A DNA stretch of 64,000 bases from Candidatus Obscuribacterales bacterium (GCA_965228855.1 CBDDIJ010000003.1:3200001-3264000), one strand, 5' to 3'. Shown: positions 20,070 through 29,928, counted from the stretch's first letter. Program-made: numbers and translations. Notes: a model not told the origin generated them from the sequence alone.

Positions 20070-20699
20070 TCATGTAGACGATGCATATCCGTCCGAATTC
20101 GATTGAAATACTTCTTCCAGAATTTCATCTTCTGGGGCAGTCGACACGTTCGGCATCGCAGCAAAGAATTTCTCTGCACGAGCAATGACTTCGTCGATTG
20201 ACTTAGCTCTGAATATTTCGGTATGCAGTTGTTCAATGCCAACCGTAACGCTGTCTATTGCTGCGCGCTCCCACGTTCTGCGGCAGGGCCAAGTTCTGAT
20301 CGACATTGCGAACGGCGCTGAACATCGATGTTTTCTCAATCGCCCTTCCATGTCAGTAGTGAATCCCACTTTGATACGACCGGGGTCGTGCTCCGGTTCG
20401 AGCTGGACGATGTAAAAACATCCAACATCCGCAATCACATAGTCGAATTCGCTGCTGGCTTCTGTTCCAGTTCTGGTCCTGCTCACTACCTCTGAGCGCA
20501 CGGCCAGCGCTTCTTCTCTGGTAATCGTTGCCACAAGTTGGTTGCGCTTATCGGCATCGCGCCGTTTAATTGGTGTAATCCCGAGCCGCTTCGCGATTTT
20601 GAACAATGTCTGCTTATGGCACTGCATCTCATCCGCGAGATCCGGTAAGGCAATTCTATCTGCCAACTCTGAAACGATTGTCGGCTGTTCATCGCCCAT
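20070..20699 (-). CDS. HTH plus GIY-YIG (T5orf172-like) nuclease-domain protein
   Basis: GCFYIVQ...RIKVGFTTDMEGRL...WE...HTEIF; N-terminal HTH-like segment. Confidence 0.75.
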   Translation of the reverse strand: MGDEQPTIVSELADRIALPDLADEMQCHKQTLFKIAKRLGITPIKRRDADKRNQLVATITREEALAVRSEVVSRTRTGTEASSEFDYVIADVGCFYIVQLEPEHDPGRIKVGFTTDMEGRLRKHRCSAPFAMSIRTWPCRRTWERAAIDSVTVGIEQLHTEIFRAKSIDEVIARAEKFFAAMPNVSTAPEDEILEEVFQSNSDGYASST

Positions 20700-20738
20700 C
20701 AGTAGACACCTCGCAAAAACGTTTAAATCATACCAAAT

Positions 20739-22247
20739 TTGTCATGTGGCAATCGGGACAATGCCGCACAGAGTAAGATGCTCAGATACTCGGAAAATAG
20801 TTCATCAAAACGAACACGTGCAATATCAGCCCAGGAGAAATATCACATGCATGGCAAGTTCAGCAGTCATAAGTTCGAACAACTTATCAATAAAGGAAAT
20901 CGAACAGGCAAGAAAGGCAATCACAAGGCAGCCCAAAAGTACTATCTGGAGGCCTTGCAGGAGACCGAAAAGAGCGGCACCGATCAAAAATCGAAGACGA
21001 TCGCGAACTTCAAACTTGGCGCCAGCGAGTATCGAAGAGGTAACCACGAAGCTGCAATCCCGTATCTGCTTGAAACCTACAAAGCCATTAATGAAGACTA
21101 TTTCGATGAAAAATCCAAGTTGCTCGTTCTGTCGGGTCTCGGTGCCTTCTACAATGCCAACGGCGAACTGCAACGTGCTGAAGAATTTCTGAATCAAGCC
21201 ATCAATATCGAACGTTCTCTTCGAAAGCAAGGCACACCTTATCTCGCCACAAATCTGGGGCTGCTGGGAAGCATCTACAGCTCCACGAGCCGCGTTTCAG
21301 ATGCAATACCGTTAATCGAAGAAGCCCTGTTGCTTATGCCGGAGCAGAGTCCATTCGAGCGCAGCACGCTAGAGCGACTCCTCGAAAAAATCTTGGAGGA
21401 GCAGGGGAATACCGAAAAGCTTTCGGCATTGAAGACTGCCAGAAACGAAAAACTACTCGAACGGGTCATGAAACCGCGCGCTATCAAGCGCGAGCCTTAT
21501 GACGTACCGAGGCATTGGCCTTGGGATAACGTCACGGAGTATCTCGATTACGTCTTTAGAAACACAGCTGCAACGGCGGGAAATGAGCCTGAGACCTTCC
21601 TTCAGTTTAGAAAAATCGATGCACAGTTCAGGGTTTTGGAAGAAAACTTACGAGCGTATTTGGCTACCAAGCTTGCAAGCCAGCGAAGTGAAGGCAAGAA
21701 GTTTTCACAACTTGTCGTTGACAATGAAGATTGGCTGGAAATCTTCTTCCTCATGCGAGCGCACTCCTCATGGCTCTCTGCCGTCGGTCTCTGCGCTGCC
21801 GGCCAAGTTCAGGAGGCTCACATGGTCTTGCGCGGCAGTGTCGAAAATGCCCTTTACGCATATCGGGTATTCAGGAGTCCGAAAGTTAAGAAGTACTGGT
21901 TTCGTCGAGACGATCCAGACCAAGAGGTGAGAGAAAAGGCGAAACGTTGTTTCTCCATCAAAGAAATTTCCACGCAGATGGAAGCAACTGATCCGTTTCT
22001 CAATGAGCGGTCTGCAGCATTGTATGAAACGTTGATTCAAGAGGGTGGACATCCGAACGTGCAGACATTTTGGAGATCTGCCATGCAAGAAAACGAACGG
22101 GGACAGTTGAGACTATCGGTCAGCTATCTTGATCCTGAGTCAGCGCCTCTACAAACGGTCATTGAGTCAGGAGAATTTTGTTTGTGGGTCTTTCAGATTG
22201 TCTTTCCGGAATACTCCGCTTATAAGGCGCCAAGTTCAGCTTCCTGA
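20739..22247 (+). CDS. TPR repeats fused to a HEPN-like (DUF5677-like) C-terminal domain
   Basis: N-terminal TPRs (LGAFY...AEEFLNQAI; LGSIY); C-terminal LRGSVENA...LYETLIQEGGHPN; probable start near 20849 (MHGKF). Confidence 0.65.
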   Translation: MSCGNRDNAAQSKMLRYSENSSSKRTRAISAQEKYHMHGKFSSHKFEQLINKGNRTGKKGNHKAAQKYYLEALQETEKSGTDQKSKTIANFKLGASEYRRGNHEAAIPYLLETYKAINEDYFDEKSKLLVLSGLGAFYNANGELQRAEEFLNQAINIERSLRKQGTPYLATNLGLLGSIYSSTSRVSDAIPLIEEALLLMPEQSPFERSTLERLLEKILEEQGNTEKLSALKTARNEKLLERVMKPRAIKREPYDVPRHWPWDNVTEYLDYVFRNTAATAGNEPETFLQFRKIDAQFRVLEENLRAYLATKLASQRSEGKKFSQLVVDNEDWLEIFFLMRAHSSWLSAVGLCAAGQVQEAHMVLRGSVENALYAYRVFRSPKVKKYWFRRDDPDQEVREKAKRCFSIKEISTQMEATDPFLNERSAALYETLIQEGGHPNVQTFWRSAMQENERGQLRLSVSYLDPESAPLQTVIESGEFCLWVFQIVFPEYSAYKAPSSAS

Positions 22248-22297
22248 CTTCATTGCCGCCGTTCAAATGACGGCGCCATTAGCGGTGGTCTCATAGG

Positions 22298-23740
22298 TTA
22301 GTCGTCAAAATCATCAATGCAACCACCTCTGATGTACTGATAGTCTTTGAATGTTGAACGAGTGGTAGTTCGCTTCCAGACAAGCTCTTCACCAAGACCA
22401 AGGTGAACAAGCAGAAGCCCATTGAGAAGGGCACCAAGCGCGATGTTGGCACCAGCAATTTTCGTTGGTGACAATTTCTTTGCCCGCAACTTATCGGTGA
22501 AGTGCGTGTAATAGTTTCTCGTGTTCACAATTTCTCGCACCATGTCCCAATCGCCGACGAAGGACTCCTTGGTATCGGCCGGAAGCGAGTTCAGGAGATC
22601 GCTGAGCATGTCCCGCTGAGACAATTGATTTCCGTGTTCGATATTCGCCTTCAGCTTACCTTCGAACGAAGATTCGAGACCTTCAGGAATCAACTCCAGC
22701 AATTTTTTCAATAGAACGTCGTACTCTTCTTGCTGCATGTACACCTTTGTCCGAGTTGCACGATGAAACGCCTCCAGTGCCTGACACCACATCACAAAAT
22801 TTATCTCTGTGTGGAGCGCTGGATAACTCAGGAGGCTCGCAAAGAGAAATACTACGGACTGAAGACCTTCTGAACTGTCGTACCAATTTTTAACTGAGTT
22901 CTGAAATTGATTGGGATTCAACTCTGAAAGCCGTAGAAGCAGCCCATCTTTCTTGCGTCGTTTCCCCCATTCCTTTTCAATCGAAAAGTAGAGTGGCAAT
23001 AATTCTCCGGTCGGTGATGAAATTTGCGCCCGCAGCGGAGAGCAAGGGACACCATGAACCATTTCGAGGTAGTTTCCAAACATGGAAGCGAGGCGCAAAA
23101 GTTCCTGGATGACCATCGGTTTTCTCGCTTTGATTTCTACCCAAACTTCCTTGTTGACAGTAAGCTTTGAGCGCTCATTGCTCACGGTTCGCACGAACAG
23201 AAGATTTATTGCATAACCGCCCATATCAACGGACTGAAGAATCTCTTCCGAGGGCTCTGTTTTGTTCTCCTTCTGCTTTTCTTCGGGCAAAGCCGATTCC
23301 AATAGGTCTGAATACAGAAATCGCAAGGAGGAAGCTTCGAAGTTGTCCGCTTCAATGTGCGCGCCGATCACAACTCTTCTTGCATAAAACCGACTGTGAT
23401 TATAACCAGGGAATGTCATATTAGCCGAAGTCAGATCCGCGCCAATGATGGAGAAGGGTAAGCCAAGAGCAGAAATTCCGTGCAGGACGGCAGCCTGTTC
23501 AGCGATGCGTCGTCCTTCTCCGTTGGTGAATTCAGTCTGACCCTTTCGGGAACTCCACAGCCAATCTTGTAGCGATAATGACAACTGCGCCTTGGAGCCT
23601 TCCACCTTCAAAACGCCAGGAGCCTGATTCTCCATATCGCCTGGAAGCCACCAGTAGCCTTCAAATTCAAAGTCGTCAAACAACGTATACTTGACTGCGC
23701 CTAGTTCCGCTGCAACACGTTGACTTAGATTTGCCGTCAT
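22298..23740 (-). CDS. apeA: ApeA-like HEPN anti-phage protein
   Basis: N-terminal FEGYWWLP....PGVL, QALEAFHR, and HEPN RxxxxH motif RNYYTH. Confidence 0.82.
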   Translation of the reverse strand: MTANLSQRVAAELGAVKYTLFDDFEFEGYWWLPGDMENQAPGVLKVEGSKAQLSLSLQDWLWSSRKGQTEFTNGEGRRIAEQAAVLHGISALGLPFSIIGADLTSANMTFPGYNHSRFYARRVVIGAHIEADNFEASSLRFLYSDLLESALPEEKQKENKTEPSEEILQSVDMGGYAINLLFVRTVSNERSKLTVNKEVWVEIKARKPMVIQELLRLASMFGNYLEMVHGVPCSPLRAQISSPTGELLPLYFSIEKEWGKRRKKDGLLLRLSELNPNQFQNSVKNWYDSSEGLQSVVFLFASLLSYPALHTEINFVMWCQALEAFHRATRTKVYMQQEEYDVLLKKLLELIPEGLESSFEGKLKANIEHGNQLSQRDMLSDLLNSLPADTKESFVGDWDMVREIVNTRNYYTHFTDKLRAKKLSPTKIAGANIALGALLNGLLLVHLGLGEELVWKRTTTRSTFKDYQYIRGGCIDDFDD

Positions 23741-23892
23741 GGAAAGATCCTCCAGATGCCCAGGCGGATCATACTACCGGCTGTTCACAAATTCTGAAAG
23801 AACCATGACTGAAGTCCGTGCAATTTCATTCAAGGCGCTTGTGAACCAATGACCACCTAGCATTGAGATGTTCCGCTGTTCACATGAACGAT

Positions 23893-24303
23893 TCAGTCAC
23901 GTGGCGAAACGCTGCTTGACTTCGAAAGAGAGTTAGTAGCCATCTGGACTAGAAGTTTCTCTGCAAATCTTCTCAATTCACGGTCGCTTTCTTTGGTGCC
24001 CTCATCGCAGCTTTCCGGAGTATTCTCAACTCTAGGGTGACCTGTTAGTCGATCAAGAATTTCCAACTTCAGCCTCTGCAGTTTGCAGGCGGAGTTGATC
24101 AGATTCGCATAAGCAATCGAGGCATTGTAGGCAGAGATCTTCTTTTCTTTCAATTCAGTCAAGACAGTGTCAAATACGAAGGTCTCAATCTCCTCAATCC
24201 TGGATTGAGCACGACCAACACGCGCCATTGTGTCGGTAAGTTCGTTAGACAGAGCCTTGTAGAGCCGTATGACATCAGGGTTTGTAGCGGTAGTTCCTTT
24301 CAC
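23893..24303 (-). CDS. Hypothetical helical protein downstream of the replication module
   Basis: 136-aa ORF with GGAGG RBS-like sequence upstream on the minus strand. Confidence 0.65.
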   Translation of the reverse strand: MKGTTATNPDVIRLYKALSNELTDTMARVGRAQSRIEEIETFVFDTVLTELKEKKISAYNASIAYANLINSACKLQRLKLEILDRLTGHPRVENTPESCDEGTKESDRELRRFAEKLLVQMATNSLSKSSSVSPRD

Positions 24304-24365
24304 TTGGTTTTCCTCCGTGTACTACGATTAAAGCACGCGGGAAATGAAGAAGTTCTCCATTCCAT

Positions 24366-24408
24366 TCCCCTCCCCTCCCCTCCCCTCCCCTCCCCTCCCC
24401 TCCCCTCC
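24366..24408. repeat. (TCCCC)8 microsatellite; (GGGGA)8 on the minus strand
   Basis: Eight perfect pentamer units plus TCC. Confidence 0.95.
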
Positions 24409-24427
24409 TTTGCCACCATATTTGGTG

Positions 24428-25375
24428 TCATATAAAAAACGCACGAATCAGATCTCTTACTGTATGGACGTTGTTCGGTCCGCCATACACGCAACAAAAC
24501 TTCGAACCGTCAAGAGTTATTCGCAAGTTGTCTTTAGACCGATCATGTCCCTCCATCGCACAAAGAGGACATTGAGCAACCCAGCCGTTTCCAACTCTAC
24601 GTCGATCTGAGACGACATCCAATACATTAAAGCGCTTCGAAGAAAACCTCCTCTTCAAAATCGGACGGACTAATTTGCTGCGATCTCGTTGCTTATCCAA
24701 ATGACGCAAATACGAAGCAAGCCGCATTACGTGCTTGGCACTGTTCAGTTGCTGTTGTGTGAACCATAGCAATTGACTGTCAACATCTATAGCATTGCAA
24801 TTCTCGAACAAGCTCCTTCTATCACCGGCATCTGGCTTTCGGTGTATTCCCAGCGGAACGCGGAGGCAGGAACCGACTTTGTCCACACTGGATTGTTTGG
24901 GGAAGAACTCAAGCGCATCCGGTGGCAGTCCAGCATGCGCCATGACTTCGTCATTGAACCTCCTCAAGTCCGTTGCAGGCAGCGTTTGATCAAAGAATAG
25001 CCATAGATGCCCCTCCCTACCTTCTCTGCGCGCGTCAACAAGGCCGTGCAAACCTAAGCCGCTAACAACCTGTTCGATTTTGGCAAGCCTACCATCATCA
25101 TGGTCGCTGTCCCAGGCACACCATCTACAGTGCCCATTTTTATCCAGGGATGGGAGAGCGACAGTAATGCTTCCCTCAAAGTGTTTCCGGAATAATTCCA
25201 TGGTTACCGGTTCTTCTACAAACCTATAGCCAAAGAGAGCTTTGAACCTCCACTGCTGAAGATAACCATGGTTGCTATTCACCAGTTGGGAAGCGAACGA
25301 TTGAATCAAATCATTCTTCATATGCGATTCTCCTATCTCTTTAGTTAACGGCTTGGTCTCAGCTTGGTTGTGCAA
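24428..25375 (-). CDS. Archaeo-eukaryotic primase (AEP) family protein with C-terminal Zn-finger-like region
   Basis: WCAWDSD (DxD), GHLWLFF, LRVPLG; C-terminal CPLC...H...D..L...FCC; probable start 25321. Confidence 0.8.
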   Translation of the reverse strand: MHNQAETKPLTKEIGESHMKNDLIQSFASQLVNSNHGYLQQWRFKALFGYRFVEEPVTMELFRKHFEGSITVALPSLDKNGHCRWCAWDSDHDDGRLAKIEQVVSGLGLHGLVDARREGREGHLWLFFDQTLPATDLRRFNDEVMAHAGLPPDALEFFPKQSSVDKVGSCLRVPLGIHRKPDAGDRRSLFENCNAIDVDSQLLWFTQQQLNSAKHVMRLASYLRHLDKQRDRSKLVRPILKRRFSSKRFNVLDVVSDRRRVGNGWVAQCPLCAMEGHDRSKDNLRITLDGSKFCCVYGGPNNVHTVRDLIRAFFI

Positions 25376-25640
25376 ATCCTGCGCAATAACATGTACTGCA
25401 CGGGTCGAGATGTCTCCGGACGCGTGCTCAATTCAGATGTGCAATCACTCGCCGAGGAGCTCTCCTTTTCCGAATGCTCATTGATCAGCGGCGACCAAAA
25501 GCGCACGTGCCAGTTCCAATAACAATTGCAAGTGAGATTGAAACACGCGCTGTTCGGTCGCTTTACCTATGCAAGTGGTTCACTGCATAAGATTTGCACG
25601 GTTGCATAGTCCCCAGATACGAGAGCACCCAGGAGCCTCG

Positions 25641-27383
25641 TTAGTCCTTCGCCCCATTACTGTCCGATGTATCATTTCCTCTCGTCCGCAGCTTGCGCGG
25701 CAAGAATCCACGCACTTTTTTGGAATTCTCAATCGCTCTTTTGGCTGCCAATTGAGTAAAGTTTTCACAGCCAATGGCGGCTTGCTCGGCGACCATCTCT
25801 TTTTGAGCTTGTGAGAATTTTGGACCCGATTTGAAGCGCTGCTCGCCGCCAGGATCGACACTGGCAACCTCGATGAGACCAAGCTCCCGCCATGCCGCTA
25901 CATAGCTGTCCACGGTTCTCTTACTCTTTACAAGAAGTTGGCGCATTTCAAGCCGACTGAGAGTCTTTTTCTTGTAACCAAATCCTTGTTTCGCCGCATC
26001 CAGATCATCGTCATCAAGAATCTCGATGATTTTGTAAAATGCGTTTTCATGAGCTTGTCCGCTTGCTTGGTAGACGCTCGGGACACAACATTCGAAAACA
26101 TCAACCACCTCATTGTAATCCTCAATTGTTGCAACCAACACCTTCCGTTCTTCTATGATGTTGACCTCTCGATTGTGCTGGTTCAGAAGAGCGTGACTTG
26201 CGATTAATACCTTCAAGAGATCTACTCGACGGCAATCGTCTTCATGGAGACTTTCGCGATCGCCCTCCTCATGAATTTGCCTTAGGAATGACATTTCAAT
26301 ATCATTCAGCGCATCTGAGTTGCTACTATCTAAAGATTGAAGTCTCGAAAAGAAACAGTTCCATCCTTTCCAAATTTCCCGGCATCGCTCTACCGAAACC
26401 TGCTCGGCCGCGCCCAGCTTGATGGCCATTACCTTTACTAGAGACTCCATGTTGTGAGTGATCTCGATCCAGAAGCTTCGATTTCTCCACTGTTCATCCC
26501 ACTTTAACGGATGCGTAACTGTCGTCGCGACGTGGTGTACTGGGCCTTTCAAAACATACTGAACTGAACGCCGGCCCTTGCCAGTGACCTCCTCGCTTGA
26601 CTTGTGTATGTAGACACCTTTGGTCGTAAGCTGCCATATGATCTGTAGCATCTTGAAGGGTTGGACGACGGCTGGCGGATTCAGTTCGTCATGGACAACA
26701 ATCTTGTTTGCAAGCCCTTCTCCATCAGTCCCACCAGCGAACACAAGACCCAACTCGCTGCAAGAAGATTGTCTTTCGATAACGCCGCTGTCACCGCCAG
26801 TGGTGCAATCTAAAAATCGAAGGATCTGCTCGACATATGCACTCTTTCCAGCAGAACTCGAACCATAGACCATGGTCTGTGTCCCCATCAGAGTGCCAGT
26901 TTTCTGCCATGCCACCAAGTTGAGTTTTTGGAAGCCGATTACGAGCAGCGCCATCTTTGTAAGCAATGCGGATGCCCAATAACCGGTAAGATTGAAGTCT
27001 TGATGAAACCGCGAGGAGATTCTCCCTTCGGCTTCAAGTTCTTGAGCAAACGCATTTTCCATCTCAGTAAACTGAACACCCTCCCGCTGTGCCTGGTCAT
27101 CGGAAACCCTCGTGTAAATCCGTCTCAGTTTGCAATAAGACTTGTCGATCTCTGTGATCAGCTTTCCCGTTTCTTTGCTCCAGTGCGAGAAATGAGCTTT
27201 AACCTGATCGTCGCTTTGACCCGCGACGATCATCTCGACAATTTGGTGCTCCAAATCTGCTTCCGAAAGCGTTGACGATTCTACGCACTCCGGTTCTGTT
27301 TCAACTGCTTCACCAGCGATCATTTTCTTTGCATCCTCAAGTGTCAAATCCGGTTTGCTTGAGTCTGACTCATTCGTTTCCAT
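25641..27383 (-). CDS. P-loop ATPase/helicase-like replication protein
   Basis: Walker A GSSSAGKS, Walker B VVHDE; lies between Xis-like and primase genes. Confidence 0.7.
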   Translation of the reverse strand: METNESDSSKPDLTLEDAKKMIAGEAVETEPECVESSTLSEADLEHQIVEMIVAGQSDDQVKAHFSHWSKETGKLITEIDKSYCKLRRIYTRVSDDQAQREGVQFTEMENAFAQELEAEGRISSRFHQDFNLTGYWASALLTKMALLVIGFQKLNLVAWQKTGTLMGTQTMVYGSSSAGKSAYVEQILRFLDCTTGGDSGVIERQSSCSELGLVFAGGTDGEGLANKIVVHDELNPPAVVQPFKMLQIIWQLTTKGVYIHKSSEEVTGKGRRSVQYVLKGPVHHVATTVTHPLKWDEQWRNRSFWIEITHNMESLVKVMAIKLGAAEQVSVERCREIWKGWNCFFSRLQSLDSSNSDALNDIEMSFLRQIHEEGDRESLHEDDCRRVDLLKVLIASHALLNQHNREVNIIEERKVLVATIEDYNEVVDVFECCVPSVYQASGQAHENAFYKIIEILDDDDLDAAKQGFGYKKKTLSRLEMRQLLVKSKRTVDSYVAAWRELGLIEVASVDPGGEQRFKSGPKFSQAQKEMVAEQAAIGCENFTQLAAKRAIENSKKVRGFLPRKLRTRGNDTSDSNGAKD

Positions 27384-27415
27384 GCCTGTTTCCCCTTCTT
27401 ATTCGTAAGGTAAGC

Positions 27416-27667
27416 CTAGTCCTGCGATGTTGAAGTCTTGATTTGTTGCTCGACCCAGTCTTCCAGGTCCGCTCTTTGGTACCGCACGATCCTGCGAGAC
27501 AGTCTGCAAAAACGCGGTCCATTGCCCCTCATCCGACTAACCTCAAGAAACCGTACGCTGACACCAAGAAGCTTTGCCGCTTCTGCAGTTGAAAGTAGCA
27601 ACGAGTCAGCACCAGTGTCACAACCGAGATCCACGGGACTGCTGCCTTTCTCCTTCGAATCATCCAT
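27416..27667 (-). CDS. AlpA/HTH_17-type excisionase / DNA-binding protein
   Basis: LLSTAEAAKLLGVS...GNGPRF.RL..RIVRY...DLEDW; ATG 27667 with GGAGG RBS. Confidence 0.88.
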   Translation of the reverse strand: MDDSKEKGSSPVDLGCDTGADSLLLSTAEAAKLLGVSVRFLEVSRMRGNGPRFCRLSRRIVRYQRADLEDWVEQQIKTSTSQD

Positions 27668-27792
27668 ATCTGTCCTCCTCTCCGGCTTCACCAAGAGCCG
27701 ACAGGAAAGACTCTGACATTCGAAACCGGCCTTACCAATGGTGCGGCCGGAGTCCATAAGTTCTGTAACGCTCAGCGCCGAAGCTGTGCAGG

Positions 27793-28500
27793 CTAAATTT
27801 TTCCTTCCTCTTTCAACCTTCGAATGACACGCCTGACAGAGTCTATATCTTTGTATAAGGGCCTAATTCGCTTGAGAATTACTGCTGCCAGCCTATGCTG
27901 GCTCGTCTGAGGTGCCAACACCCGATAGAGTCGAAGAACCTCCGCCTCACGCGTTTCTGCGTTGGCCCTGTTTGTAGTTTGCGCTTTTTTACTATTAGCT
28001 CGGTTCTTTTCACATATTGTTCTCCCGAGAGGAGCGAGTCTCGCGTCCTCCCGGCGAAGTATCAGTTGATAATCCGAATAGAGATGGAGCAATTGAAAAT
28101 GAAACTCGTCACCCTCGCCGCCAAGAGATTCTGCAATCAACGAACGATAGTACAGATCGAAGAAACTCTGCATGTCTTCTTCAGAAATGCACCGAATCTT
28201 CGAATCCAACAACTGCTGTGCCGACCTTTGCATGCGGCACGCTTCCATCATAGCGGTGGCATACGTTCGAATTTCCATAATCATCTCAAGCTTACTCTTT
28301 GCTGTCCATGGACCGTGCTGAACTAGTTCCTCGAATTCAGGGTCATCAACTATGTCAAAGTCGAAGGGTCTAGGCATCCCTTTTGCGATTTCCCTGAGGC
28401 GTCTGTTTTGAATGCTACATAAGCCTTCGAGACGCGCATCGAAAGCTTCTGTCCACCATGGCGGTCTATTGCCTTGACGTTGCTCGTTCAAGCCGTCCAT
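27793..28500 (-). CDS. Hypothetical protein, possible C-terminal HTH
   Basis: 235-aa ORF; basic helical C-terminus. Confidence 0.65.
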   Translation of the reverse strand: MDGLNEQRQGNRPPWWTEAFDARLEGLCSIQNRRLREIAKGMPRPFDFDIVDDPEFEELVQHGPWTAKSKLEMIMEIRTYATAMMEACRMQRSAQQLLDSKIRCISEEDMQSFFDLYYRSLIAESLGGEGDEFHFQLLHLYSDYQLILRREDARLAPLGRTICEKNRANSKKAQTTNRANAETREAEVLRLYRVLAPQTSQHRLAAVILKRIRPLYKDIDSVRRVIRRLKEEGKI

Positions 28501-28629
28501 TCTTTTCTCCCAATTGTTGCAGCAGCGCGAGACGGGAATATCGCCTCCGATAAATCAAGTCGTGAAAGTCTATCAGCATTTCCTGACGAATCGATGCTGT
28601 TTCCATTTCTATTTCGAAAGTTTAAAAAC

Positions 28630-28682
28630 GGTAGGAGCAAGGTAGCAACGCCTTCCTACCGCATTCCTACCGCATTCCTACC
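28630..28682. repeat. 11-bp-phased GGTAG(G/C)A boxes (two direct, three inverted)
   Basis: GGTAGGA 28630, GGTAGCA 28641; TTCCTACCGCA x2 plus TTCCTACC at 28653-28682. Confidence 0.75.
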
Positions 28683-28719
28683 ATTCACTACTGCCGCCAG
28701 TGTAGCACCGTCTCTAGTA

Positions 28720-29928
28720 TCATCCCGATTTGCTTCGAGGCAGAACAATGTCGGAATTTGAGTCCGTCATCAGTCCCGGAGCGTGTTCACCCGCTATTCG
28801 CATAAGCTTTTGACCATGCTGCTCAAGGGCCTCCCTGACGTTGTCCTGACCAAATCGAGCGTATATCGCCGTCGTCGATGGATTTTTGTGATTCAAGATT
28901 TTTCCTATGAGATGCAAGCTGTTTCCCGACTGCGCCAGCCAGGAACCGAGTGTGCGGCGCAAGTCATGCAAACGAACATCTTCCACGCCAGCCGATTTCC
29001 TGATTCGATTCCAAATCTTCTGTATATTGACCAGGTGATGCCCGCGTTTTTCCCCTGGCAACAGGTAAGGATTGTTTTCTTCCTTAGGTAAGGTGAGGAG
29101 TATTGCTAGTGCTGGCGCACTAATCGGAACATAATGAATGGTTCCGCTCTTGGTGTCGGGCAGTCTCAGTTCTTGCCTCTCCCAATCAACGTCCTCCCAT
29201 TTTGCTCGAAGCAATTCATCCCGTCGAACGCCAAGCAGAAGGTATAACCATATTGCGGTCTTGCCGAAAAAGTTAGTTTCCTGAGTGATTGCGGCGGCGA
29301 GCCGAGGCAACTCATCCTGTTTGACCCACCGGTCTCGCTTAATTTCTTTATATGGCTTTATACCTCTGGAAGGGTTCGAATGTTCGTCAGGAAGAAAGCC
29401 CCAAGTCTTAGCTAATTCGAACATTTTCGATATCTGTTCAACGAGACGATTTGCGGCATAAGGATGGTCTCGTCCAATCGAAAAGTGGAGGTGCGCCACA
29501 TCGGCCCTAGTGATTGCTCCCAGGCGACAGGTTCCAAAGGCAGGAACGAGATACTTTTCAATGCGTCGCTGGTCCTCTCGCCAAGTTTTCTTGTGCTGTT
29601 TCGCGTATCTCTCCAAATAGATTGCGCCGAACTCCCTGAAGGTAATGGTTTTTCCTTCCGTGCTTTCGAACGGGTCTTTGCGATCAATTAGCGAAGCAAG
29701 ATGTTTTCTTGCCCGATCTTTCGCTTGATCAAGAGTTAAAACACCGTATTTGCCTATCACTTTAATGTGCTGACGCCCTTGATGCCTATAAGACAGCACA
29801 AACGATTTCTTTCCTGTCGGATAGACCCGCACGCCAAAGCCAGGCAAAGCGCGATCCCAATGAATTAGTTGAGATCCCTTGTCTTTAGAGTATTCTAATT
29901 TGTCGATAATACTTTTAGTCAGAGTCAT
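28720..29928 (-). CDS. int: Tyrosine recombinase/integrase with N-terminal arm-binding domain
   Basis: WD..LPGFGVRV...G.KSF arm-binding domain; GVRRDE, TK, HDLRRT, LNH...TAIY catalytic residues. Confidence 0.96.
   Translation of the reverse strand: MTLTKSIIDKLEYSKDKGSQLIHWDRALPGFGVRVYPTGKKSFVLSYRHQGRQHIKVIGKYGVLTLDQAKDRARKHLASLIDRKDPFESTEGKTITFREFGAIYLERYAKQHKKTWREDQRRIEKYLVPAFGTCRLGAITRADVAHLHFSIGRDHPYAANRLVEQISKMFELAKTWGFLPDEHSNPSRGIKPYKEIKRDRWVKQDELPRLAAAITQETNFFGKTAIWLYLLLGVRRDELLRAKWEDVDWERQELRLPDTKSGTIHYVPISAPALAILLTLPKEENNPYLLPGEKRGHHLVNIQKIWNRIRKSAGVEDVRLHDLRRTLGSWLAQSGNSLHLIGKILNHKNPSTTAIYARFGQDNVREALEQHGQKLMRIAGEHAPGLMTDSNSDIVLPRSKSG

Noticed and set aside
23780..23884. TGTTCACA copies resembling P4 iterons (TGTTCACC)
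   Set aside because: Only two direct and one partial inverted copy; too few to support an origin call.
23893..24303. Terminase small subunit
   Set aside because: Position is suggestive, but no recognisable motif.
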